From the NCBI RefSeq assembly GCF_001194135.2, contig NC_068983.1:42766481-42830480 (forward strand): a stretch of 64,000 bases of DNA, in the 5' to 3' direction. The DNA is from Octopus bimaculoides. Lineage: Eukaryota. Both the position numbers and the translations under genes were made by a program. Shown in pieces: positions 52,972-64,000 of the stretch. A model generated the notes under the pieces. It saw only the letters and a program-made list of their open reading frames with translations, was not told the origin of the DNA and did no database searches. The first letter of the stretch is position 1, and the number at the start of each line of letters is the position of its first letter.

Positions 52972-53290
52972 GATTCCCCATATGCGCCACAGTTAAAGAT
53001 GAGCATATTCTCCCTCCTGAACCATCTTTAAGCATGGATACACCTGTCTTTCCTCCCTCTAAATCCCCCCCCCCCAATAGAACAACATTACTATATGGCT
53101 ACTTACCCCTCGACCACTTATATTTTTTTCCCTCTCATCCACTCTTCCTCTTTCTCATCCCACTATGCTTTTCCCATTTTTCTGATGAAGGGCTAATGTC
53201 CAAAACATGAAGACTTTTTCCCCACTACTTTTAAGCATTAAGGTAAAACTTGTCCTGCCTGTTCTGTCTTTTTGCTTTTTATTGTTCATT
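52972..53290 (+). mobile_element. Probable PLE 3' remnant with a degenerate hammerhead motif
   Basis: CUGAUGA(53182-53188)-a-GGG-cuaaug-UCC-aAAAC follows a pyrimidine-rich tract. Upstream tctccctcctgaaccatctttaag resembles a frameshifted GIY-YIG C-terminus (ISLLKPSLN-like; inference). Confidence 0.45.
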
Positions 53291-54167
53291 GTGTTTAAAT
53301 AGTTAGACAGATAGATACACAGTTTGTGTACAATAGACAGTTTTTATGCATTGATAAATGTTAATACAATTCTTACACATTGCTAATGTTAATATATAAA
53401 CAGTTGTATGTCATGGAAAATCCATTGTTGATCAGTTCATTGTAGGAAATACTATTTTGTAGAGTGAACTCTTTGAAGATGCATGGCTTGGTGGTTAGGG
53501 TAGTTGGTTTACGAACATGAGGTCAGGAGATCAATTCCTGGCAGCACATTGTGCCCTTGAGCAAGGCATTTTATTTCACATTGCTTCAGTCCACTCAGCC
53601 AGCAGAAATGTGATGTACTTGTAATACAAAAAGAACCAGCCCTGTCGTATTCTGTGTCATGCAGAATCTCCCTGAGAACTACGTTAAAGTTATGCATGTC
53701 TGTGGAGTGCTCAGCCACTTGCATGCGGTTTTGTTGATCAGATCAACTGGAACACTCGTTGTCATATCAAGCAGAATGCCAGAAGTAAAATTTATTAATA
53801 TTGATTTAACTGGGACTAATCACTCTTTCATGTTGGCATGGACTGAACAGTTCAACAGAAGCCAACAAGCCAGACGACTGCATCAAGCTCCGAGACATCT
53901 GGCTGAAGGAGCCATGCCAAAACATGGCTCCTACAGCTAGATGCCCTTCCTAATGCCAACCACTTTGCAAAGTGCACTAGCTGCTTTTTACATGGCACTA
54001 AAAGTCATCATCATCGTCGTTTAACGTCTGTTTTCCATGCTGGCATGGGATGGACGGTCTGACTGAAGTCTAGAAAGCCAGCAGCTGCACCAGGCTCCAA
54101 TATGATCTGGCAATGTTTCTACAGCTGGATGCCCTTTTTAATGCCAACCACTCCAAGAGTGTAGTAG

Positions 54168-54496
54168 GTGCTTTTTATGTGTCACCAGCACAGGAGCTAG
54201 TCAGGTGGGCCAGGCATCAACCACGGTTGGATAGTGCTTTTTATGTGTCACTGGCATGGGAGCTAGTCAGGCAACCCTGGTATCAATCAAGTTCGGATAG
54301 TGCTTTTTACATGCAACCGACATGGGAGCCATTCAGGTGGCCTGGCATCAATCACATTTGGATAGTGCTTTTAACGTGCCATTTGCATGGGAGCCAGTCA
54401 GAAAGCATTGGCCACAACCACATTTGGATGGTGCTTTTTATGTATCACTGGCACAGGAGCCAGTCAGGTGGCACTGGCATCAACCACATTCGAATG
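54168..54496 (+). repeat. 65-66 bp minisatellite, five units, inside a SINE B copy
   Basis: Units start at 54168, 54234, 54300, 54365 and 54431 with gtgcttttt...ggagc(c/t)agtcag...accacatttggat. Confidence 0.9.
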
Positions 54497-54699
54497 GTCA
54501 ATTTCAAATTATGACACAAGGTCAGCATTTTGGAGGAAAAGAGTGACTATGTCACACAAAAGATGAAAGGCAAAGTCAACCTTAGTGGAATTTGAAGTCT
54601 GAATGTGGAAAATATGACAAAGTGTCACTAAGCATTTCGTCCAACAAGTTAAGGATTTTGACAGCTCCCACCGTAGTAATGCTTCACATTTTTATTTTC

Positions 54700-55075
54700 T
54701 TTTATTCTTTTACTAGTTTCAGTCATTTGACTGTGGCCATGCTGGAGCACCGCCTTTAGTCGAACAAATCAACCCCAACACTTATTCTCTGTAAGCCTAG
54801 TACTTATTCTATTGGTCTCTTTTTGCCAAACTGCTAAGTTACGGGGACGTAAACACACCAACATCAGTTGTCAAGTAATGGTAGGGGGAAGGACAAACAG
54901 ACACACAAGCATATCCACACACACACACATATATGATAGGCTTCTTTAAAAGCACTCACAAGGCTTTGGTCAGCCCGAGGCTATAGTAGAAGACACTTGC
55001 CCAAGGTGCCACGCAGTGGGACTGAACCCGGACCATGTGGTTGGGAAGCAAACTTCTTACCAGACAGCCACGTCT
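54700..55075 (-). mobile_element. SINE family A copy
   Basis: Reverse complement of the family A consensus. Boundaries approximate. Confidence 0.8.
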
Positions 55076-55829
55076 GGTACAAATTTTGGGGAAACAGGTT
55101 AGTTAATTACATAAACTTTGATGTTCAACTGGTCTCATATTACTGACCCTGAAATTGGCAAAGGCAAAGTTGGTTTCAGCAGGATTGGAATTTAGAATGT
55201 AAAACAAAAATTGTTTATCCAATTTAGGCAGAAAACCAGAAATTTTGAGGGGAGGGTTTACTTGATGCCATTGACTTCAGTACTTGACTGGGACTGAATT
55301 TTATTGAACTGCAGAGATGAAAGGCAAAGTTGACCTTGAGATATAATAAAAATTCTAATTTTGGTACATGAACAGTAATTATGAGGGGAGGGGGTAAGTC
55401 GCTTACATGTCCCCACCTCCAGTACTTGAGTGGTACTTTATTTTATCAATCACATAAAGATGAAAGGGAAAGTTGGTCTCAGAGGGCAAAGAGCAGGAAG
55501 AAATGCTGCTTATTATTCTACCAGCTCACTACCTTAATAATAATGATTTCATTTATTTGCCACAAGGGCAAAGGACGAGGGGACATAAAGTGTGGGGGGT
55601 TTACATATAATAATGAAATGAATAAATGACAAAAAGTATACGTGGTATACACTGAAAAAGAAAGGACATGTGCATAGCATACAAAGGTAAAATAAAAAAG
55701 GCAGGGAGGACAATAGAGATGTGGCTCACTTGATACAGGAAGGTCTCTCCAGATAATCAAAGAACCCCAGACAGATTTCCCTGAAATCCTAGGAGCAAGT
55801 GCCCTCTCCAATTCCTTCTCTCCGACTCA

Positions 55830-56070
55830 CAGGTCTATACTTAGAGAGGTACCATCCACTCTTGCCATTTGCGCAACTTTCACCCACCTTCCAGTAAGCA
55901 GACTCGAGGACAGCCCTTCCTTCTCCCATCTCAGTTTCCTTTTCAGGTGAAACTTGGAAAGTCAATGAGAGCTCTACCAAAGAGGGATGTATCTGTCCTC
56001 TTGCCTTTCAGCCTTGTCCACCAAACAACCTATTTTGCCACAGCCACAAAGCAAAGGAAAATTCTACCAT
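55830..56070 (-). pseudogene. L1/Tx1-like LINE ORF2 C-terminal remnant
   Basis: Manual minus-strand translation gives AVAK*VVWWTRLKG...GRALIDF/KFHLKRKLRWEKEGLSS...RWVKVAQMARV...DL*. This resembles the AKxxIWxxRN and F...W terminal motifs of L1/Tx1 ORF2. Confidence 0.45.
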
Positions 56071-56071
56071 A

Positions 56072-56454
56072 GGTTGTCAATACTACGTCGCTTACGACGT
56101 CGAGGGTTCCAGTTGATCCGATCAACGGAACAGCCTGCTCGTGAAATTAACGTGCAAGTGGCTGAGCACTCCACAGACACGTGTACCCTTAACGTAGTTC
56201 TCGGGGATATTCAGCGTGACACAGTGTGATAAGGCTGGCCCTTTGAAATACAGGTACAACAGAAACAGGAAGACAGAGTGAGAGAAAGTTGTGGTGAAAG
56301 AGTACAGCAGGGTTCGCCTCCATCCCCTGCCGGAGCCTCATGGAGCTTTAGGTGTTTTCGCTCAATAAACACACACAACGCCCGGTCTGGGAATCGAAAC
56401 CGCGATCCTATGACCGCGAGTCCGCTGCCCTAACCACTGGGCCATTGCGCCTCC
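56072..56454 (-). mobile_element. Young tRNA-derived SINE family D, full length
   Basis: Head ggaggcgcaatggcccagtggttagggcagcggactcgcggtcataggatcgcggtttcgattccc with A and B boxes, and CpGs retained. TSD attctaccata / actctaccata (56061-56071 and 56455-56465). Older partial copies near 11900, 20300, 33330, 35520 and 53500. Confidence 0.85.
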
Positions 56455-58329
56455 ACTCTACCATAAGAAAAAAGACTGAAACTTTAAGGGAAGGAGTTAG
56501 TTCATTACACTGACCCCTCCACCTCCAACCAGTGCTCAACTGGTACTTTATTTCGTTGACCCTGAAAGGATGAAAGGCAAAGTCAACCTCAGTGGAATTT
56601 GAGCTCAAAACACAAAAACCAGTGAAATGCTGCCAAGCATTTCATCCACTATGCTAACGACTACCAGTTTCACAACTTTTAAACACCAGCAACATAATCA
56701 TAATAACAATACTTTCAAATTTTGGCACAAGGCCAGTAATTTGGCGGGAGCAGGGTAAGACAGAAAGCAAAGTTAACCTCAGTGGAATGGACTAAACACC
56801 ACTAAGCATTTTGGTTGATGTGCTAATCATACCAACTCATTCAAACAAAAGCAACAATAATCTTTTACTTGTTTCAGGCATTAGACTGTGGCCATGCTCG
56901 GGCACCGCCTTGAAGAATTTTTAGTTGAATGTATCAACCCCAGTACTTATTTTCTTGAAGCCTGGTACTTGTTCTATCAGTGTCTTTTGCCAAATAGCAA
57001 AGTTACGGGGATGTAAACACACCAACACTAGTTGCCAAGCAGTGGTGGGGGACAAAGGCACATATATACGACAGGCTTCTCAAGGTTTTGGTCGACCCAA
57101 GGCTATAGTAGCAGATACTTGCCCAAGGTGTCATGCAGTGAGATTGAACCTTAGATCATGTGGTTGGGAAATAAGCTTTGTACCACAAAACCACGCCTGC
57201 GCCTATAATAATAATGATAATAATCCTTTCAACTCTAGGTACAAGGCCTGAAATTTGGGGGNNNNNNNNNNTCAGTCGCTTAGATCGACCTCAGTATGCA
57301 ACTGGTACTTAATTTATCGACCCAGAAAGGATGAAAGGCAAAATCGACCTCGGCGGAATTTGACCTCAGAACATAAAGACAGACGAAATATCGCTAAGCA
57401 TTTCACTCAGCGTGCTAAAGATTCTGCCAGCTTTATTTAATAATAACAAATTTTTACTATAAAAGTGACTAATAATCGTGTATTACTCCAGTTACGACGC
57501 ATGCAACGTAACATAAATCACAATATGGTATATTTATAAAATTATTGTTTGTTTACTATTACAGATGTAAGGTTTCGGATTTAAACTGGAGTAAAAAAAA
57601 ATGAGATTGTGTCCCATTCATGTTTTCTCTATGATATACGTTCATGAAATTAGTGAGACTGGAAACTGGATCTCAGAATCCATTCACAATTACGTTGTAT
57701 TTATGTTTTGTATGTAGGTGTGTATGAATGTGTGGAGGGTATATACGTGTTAGGTACATATGTGCCCGTGTATTGATGCGTATGTTTGTGTGTACATATG
57801 TAGTTATACAGATTCGTACACATCTACAGTATGTGGTGCGCGCGTGTGTCGTGACCGCAAGTGTCAAACATTAACACAGATGTCACACACGCACCACTTT
57901 CTTTTTCCCTCTCTCTCGCTCCCCCCCACACACACACACGCTTTCTCTCTCTCTCTCCCACACACACTTTCTCTCTTAAAACTAGTAATGCGTTGTCACA
58001 AAACAAACGCAAATGAAACGGCCTATACGTGGTCACTTCATCTGCTAGAAACGATAGTCACATCCCCTTAAGTCTTAAATTAAGGACACGCTGGGTAATA
58101 TAGTCTTTGATGTACAAGAAGGGGTGGTCACGATCGGAGAAGAACGAGGGGGGGGGGCTAAAGAACATCAATGTAAAAAACTTCCTTAACATTTAAAATT
58201 CCTACGATGTCCACACAGACAAAAGACAAAACAGACCAGGAGGAAAACTATACAGGGACTACTATATACCCCAACTTAAGACAAAATGACATAAATAATA
58301 TGAACATTATAACGAAGGATCTTCTAGAA

Positions 58330-58609
58330 CAGGGGTTTTCAAACTGTGGTCCGCAAGGACAAGACAGGGGGTCCGTAGACAGCAAATACTTTTTATGGGC
58401 AATTTGATTTTATGTATGTTTTTTAACCGAAATCTTTTAATTGACAATAAACCTATTTGTTAAATAGTGTTAAATAAATAAATGTAAAAATATATGTTAT
58501 TTTAAGCAAATATTTATGTATAAATTTCATAAGCGTTTATAAGGGGGGTCCCTAAGGTAAAGCCTGAAATATAAAGGGGTCCGCAAGTCAAAAAGTTTGA
58601 AAACCCCTG
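58330..58609. mobile_element. hAT (Charlie-like) MITE
   Basis: Perfect 16-bp TIR caggggttttcaaact / agtttgaaaacccctg. TSD ttctagaa / ttctagag (7/8) with central TA. Confidence 0.9.
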
Positions 58610-59149
58610 TTCTAGAGGGTCACTCGATATGCTAGAAATAGCGAAATAGCAGTCGAACCGCACCCTCTCGCGAAAAGTTGTGGGCCTTGCGCCAACAACA
58701 TTCGAAACCATTATTAATATTAGTAAGTTCTTCTCTACACGTCTTAGTGTAACCTCATATCATATCGTATTTAGCGTCCTCGATCTATTTGTACACCCTG
58801 AAAGAAACCACCCTCCTTTCCCCTTTCTTTAGCCTCATTTTTTTTTATGTAAACCCGAAGCTGTCCTCGTAACGCGGCCCCTCTCCTGATATCCAAGTGG
58901 CAAATAAAAGCAATCATCATTATTATCATTTGCTGGTTTGGAAGTCCTATATAGTTGTGTGATGTAAACACAAAGACAGAAGAGATAAAAGTATTATTAT
59001 AAATAGTAGCGCGAGCAGAGATGTTATATTTTTTTTTTAAATCACCACAACGTGTTTTATCACACTGCAACACGGCTGTGTGTGTGTGTGTGTATCCTGC
59101 AATCTCAACACTTGTGGGTTCGACACATCTTTGACACCGATTCTTTCTT

Positions 59150-59186
<37 letters not shown>

Positions 59187-59620
59187 TTTATATACATAGC
59201 TAAACAGACATATATGGATATGAACAGATAACACGCATACTAATCCCACGAATACATGCGTGTGTGTGTGTAATATGCATAGAAGATCGAAGTTCAACTG
59301 AGTACTCAATACACGTGTTGGATAGAGTGGATGTTTAATCGTGAGTAAAAAGGACTCAAGGAGACCTCGTTTCATATCAACAGGTCCAGGAATAACGATA
59401 GGGCTTGTATATATAAGAGAGCATTTATTACGTTGGACCTACAGATGTGCGAGTGTGCTTAAATAAGGTTTTTTTACTTTAAAAGCGAGTTAAAAAACAG
59501 AATATTATTACACTGATGGAGTGATTACACACTGAATGAGTAAAGTTGTGAAGATCAGAGTTGACTGGGACTTCGCTGCGTGTGTGTGTACGTGTACATA
59601 CACATTAACTCCCATTCTCG

Positions 59621-59652
<32 letters not shown>

Positions 59653-62369
59653 TGATTACGTAAGTACACATATACACGCATAACTAGACATATAAGGAGA
59701 TGGACACAACACATACACATGATGATTAATGAACACACACTACACCATATACAAAGTACTACCGTCTTCCATATTTCGTTTATAAACTAATACTTGGAAA
59801 TATAAAGTGTGTGTAATATATACATTTATATATACATAATGTTCTGTCCCAATGTGCGTGCACACACATTTTCATGTCGAGTTATTAAACTATCAGTTCA
59901 ACATTAAACTCTATAGTTTTGGGGGGTTTTGGTAGAGTATAGCTTTAGATGAAGAGGCGAGGGAGGAGGTGTTGACAGTGGCTTCGAAGTTTCGGCCTGT
60001 TAGCCTTGAGAAAAAGAAATATTTTCCCGAAGTACTGAGGTCTTCCATTAATTTGTGAATGCCCTTGTCCCAGCCAACAAACATATCTCATACATATATA
60101 AAAAGAGATCACTCAAATCCTCTAGTACACACAACATATCTAACACGACGTGTGGGTATGTGTGTGTGAATGTATACACGCATTTATACACACACAGATG
60201 TATTACAGTAGCTTATAACTTCTTTATAGAATACCATACAATAAATAAACTACGAGTAAATAGTATGTATCTGGATTATATAAGACCACCAACATTTATT
60301 ATAGGATACATACGTGTGCGCACACAAATAGATTGATAGAGAGAGAGGAGAGAGAGAGAGATAAGAAAGAGAGAGATGAGAAAGAGAGATGATAGAGAGA
60401 GAGATGATACGCACACACACATATATATATATATATAAACACCATTAGCTGTTATTTGTTCGACCTTTCCTGTATAAATTAACTGTATTTAAAAGTACCA
60501 ACATACATACACATGTTTGTATTAACACGTAACACGCACACACAACGTCGATAGATGTTTATCTGTTACAAGGGCAACCCAAATACCAACTAAAATATTT
60601 CGGCAAAAAACAGACACGAGGTCCCGGACGTACTTCTGAATGTTTCAGCCACATATGTACATACACAGACACACAATGAATGGATTCGGTACAATAACTA
60701 CGATATATAATATGATGAACAATCAGTACATAATTTTTCTTATTAAGGCATAAGTTTGAAAGGAATTAGTCGCCAATAGTATCAATCTCAGTACTTGACA
60801 GATCCTTTATTTAATCGATGTTGAAAAGATGAAAGGCAAAAGTTGACCTCGGCGGAATTTGAACCCAACGCGAAGAGCAGGAAGAAATACCGGAAAAATA
60901 ATGAGAATTTCTTTTACTTGCCACAGAGGTACCAGATAAGAGGGACATTCAAGGACAACTTACAATTATTTTGTGTGGGCAATTTATATAAAAATATGAG
61001 AGAAAAAAAGGAAGCAGAGAATAACTTCAAAATTTCGCACACGGCTAACAGTTTTGAATGGAGGTTGGGGAAAGCCGATTATATCAACCCTGGCACTTAT
61101 ATTTATTGACCCTGAACAGATGAAAGTCGACCTCAGCAGAATTTGAGCTCAGAACACGAAGAGAACGAAATGTTGCTAATCATATTGTCAGGTGTGCACA
61201 CGATTCTGACAGCACGCCGCCCTTAACGAGAAGGGAATAATAATTATTCATAATAATATCTTTTATTTGCCACAGGGGTATCTGATAAAGAGGGTACGAG
61301 ACCTTAAATTTGGAGTCTACAGAATTGACTATGTAGAGTCAATACTTAACAGCATTTTTTTTTATCGATTTTCAACAAATCCCTCCCCCTCACCAGCCAC
61401 CCAGTGTTTTGACCCGGTTGGATGATGGTGCTAAGTCGTCCACGGCGGGGTTAGCAATAACATGTAAACGTAAACATTGCACATCTGGAATTTGTCCGAC
61501 GCTCTACCGCTTTTTCAAATCGACACCTGTCCCCGCCTTCCTCAACCTGGCCCGTCATCATAAGCTATCAGTTAATTTTGGCTTCTGTTCTTTATCAATC
61601 GCATTTTATCTATTTTCTAACTTTTCTATTTTTTTCAAATCTTAACTCTTTACCTGTGCAACATGTAATATAAAGGAAATATTTCCCATGCATCATATAT
61701 GATACACTTTCTCAATTTTTTTTTTCAACCACCAGATTAACTTGGGACTTAATGAAAGGAAAGGTTTATGTCACTTAGAACGCATAACACAGGTGCTAAA
61801 AGTCTGAAAACAAAGATGAACATTTTAGAGAAACTTATGAAAATGCTTTGTAAAAAGCAAGGTGTTTAATGGCTTGGAGTGATAGAAAACGCTAAAATAT
61901 AGAACGAAAATGCCTTCCCGTATGCTGTATGTTCAAATCCCTCCAAGGTTAACTTTATCTTTCGTCCTTTCGGGGGTACTGGGGTCAACGGCATCGACGT
62001 ATGCCTCATCTCAAAATTATTGGTTCTGTGCCTATAAATACCACGAAACATAACTACAGGGTAGCGAATCGTGAGAGCATGGGACCGAAAACCGTGGAGG
62101 GGTATTTCTTCTAGTGTTTACGTTCGGATTTCAAATACTGCCGAGGACAACTATGCTTTTTTATACTTTTTGGGTCGATGAAATAAAGCAGGAGTTAAAT
62201 ATTGAGGTCGGTGGTAACCACTAACCGATTCTTGAAACAAAATCTGGCCTTCGTTAGAAAAACAACTGTTACAATCACCAACTACAAGAAAGATGATTTG
62301 CCCTACAAACAATCGAAATGCAAACCATGTAAATACACAAGCGGGAAAAAAGAATTTGGAATATATATA

Positions 62370-62410
<41 letters not shown>

Positions 62411-63528
62411 TACATACAGTCAAAATTGGCCCGTGAACGGTACCCGCTAAACAACCTGTTCAACTTAAATGCATAACCTTACAAGTAACCCTCTAACATA
62501 AGAGAACAAGGTTCTGAGTGTGAAGTACAAAGATGAGAAAGAGAGAAGGTTGTAGTTATGCTCATTATATAATGAATATATATATATATATATATATATA
62601 TACACGTGTGTGCATACATGTGTATACATAAATATATCTCCATATACACCTATATAACTTTACATACATATACACGTTTATTGTCCCCTCACCTGTCTTT
62701 TTTTTTTTGTTCAATTTTGAACCATAAATGTATGTTAAAGAATTTTCTGTCATGTATATATATAAATATATATATATACACACATACACGTATAAATACA
62801 TTGATATATAAATACACGTACCTGTATAAATAAATTATACATATACACGCATATATATATACACACACACACCCATATATACATACACATACACACACAT
62901 GCTATACACGCAGGCAGTCATACATATGAATGTAGAAAATAAAAAAAATTTCTCCGTGTACTTTTATGTTCAACTCTATTAATTACCCCACATTTGTTGT
63001 TCAGTAAAGTTAGGAACATTTTTACGCATATTTCGACATAAATATTTCATAATTCACACAAGCAAAAGTTACCATGTGTTTTCATGTTTCAATAATGATT
63101 TCCGTTTGAAATTTAGTTTAGCAAGATTTATGTATTAAATAACATTAAAAAACATCATAACGTATAAATTAATGATAAATGTCCCAGCTGAGGCATTTAA
63201 AATATGCGAATGAATTAAAAAGTTTCCTTCGTGAAACGAGGTTTTGTTTTGTTAGGATTTTAATTAGTAAGTATAGTTAATCAAAACTACATGCCTTGTT
63301 TTTCAGGCTTCTTTGTTTTTTGGGGGTTTTTTCTTATGTCCCACTTTTTTTTTACAATTATATGCATGTACAGAAATATATATACACGTGTATAATTAAT
63401 ACATACATATATGCATATATAAAATCCAAATATGATTATATTAGACTTTTACCAATATATAAATACATTTATATACACGTTTTGTTACATACATAATACA
63501 TATACAGACTTTATTATATACACGGTAG

Positions 63529-63900
63529 AGATGGACTATATGTAATCTGAACCTTTCCCCCCTTTATTTATTAATTTTTTTTACGGAATCCCACGTTTTA
63601 GGCTAATGGAGATTCCGATTCTGAAAAAAATTTATTTGAAAAATTTCAATTCCCCACCCCCACCAAGCAGGCTATTTACATGCTAGAAATAACAGCCAAA
63701 TCTCACAAAACTAGTGTTAGGGTTAGGGTTTGAGTTAGGGTTAGGTTTACCCTGTGGATCTATATAAAAACCGGAGGGGGGGGATCGAAATTTTGAAAAA
63801 AATTTTTCAGAATCGGAATCTCCATAGCCTAAAACGTGGGATTCCGTAAAAAAAATAATAAAACAAGGGGGGAAAGGTTCAGATTACATATACTCCATCT
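63529..63900. mobile_element. Long-TIR (foldback/MITE) element with internal TTAGGG repeats
   Basis: Arms of about 130 bp (63529-63660 and 63775-63900) such as ttacggaatcccacgttttaggct / agcctaaaacgtgggattccgtaa. Internal ttagggttagggtttgagttagggttagg at about 63717-63746. No TSD found. Confidence 0.85.
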
Positions 63901-63912
63901 GGACCCACATTT

Positions 63913-63974
<62 letters not shown>

Positions 63975-64000
63975 TCCATACATACTTGTTCGTGTGTGTG

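Noticed and set aside
50384-54496. CRISPR-like appearance of the 42-bp and 66-bp arrays
   Set aside because: They are head-to-tail tandem units without unique spacers, derive from SINE bodies, have no cas genes nearby, and sit in a eukaryotic context.
56380-56454. tRNA gene
   Set aside because: It has A and B boxes but no convincing acceptor stem or T-run terminator, and it continues into a repeat body. It is a SINE head. The same applies to the other tRNA-like heads.
59960-60020. Another hammerhead on the minus strand (ggctaacaggccgaaacttcgaag)
   Set aside because: GAAAC and a weak stem are present, but there is no CUGANGA core upstream.
63717-63746. True telomere or chromosome end
   Set aside because: There are only four imperfect units, embedded between long inverted repeats with ordinary sequence beyond.

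Overview
This is AT-rich eukaryotic DNA, dense in microsatellites and SINEs, with nine assembly gaps. The repeat content resembles Octopus genomic DNA; that assignment is recalled pattern recognition, not a database result. I found no host protein-coding exon I can support. Most ORFs in the track are artefacts of microsatellites, SINEs or N-gaps. The recognisable coding sequence all comes from transposons: a Penelope-like (PLE) GIY-YIG endonuclease ORF (minus strand, 17332-17746, running into a gap), two degraded RTE-type LINE fragments and an L1/Tx1-like C-terminal remnant. The window also holds four tRNA-derived or SINE-like families, hAT, piggyBac-like and Tigger-like MITEs with TSDs, a Helentron-type (HINE) element, and a long-TIR element with internal TTAGGG repeats. 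The most interesting signal is a recurring architecture of inverted duplications whose 3' ends point outward and which carry hammerhead-ribozyme-like motifs (about 16.1, 27.5, 36.7 and 47.1-47.5 kb). One of these encloses a tRNA-like Pol III head. The GIY-YIG ORF is bracketed in the same geometry, with no room for a reverse transcriptase. Together these suggest a PLE-driven family of non-autonomous ribozyme/tRNA-head elements. This is inference, and the ribozyme motifs are degenerate and probably inactive as written.
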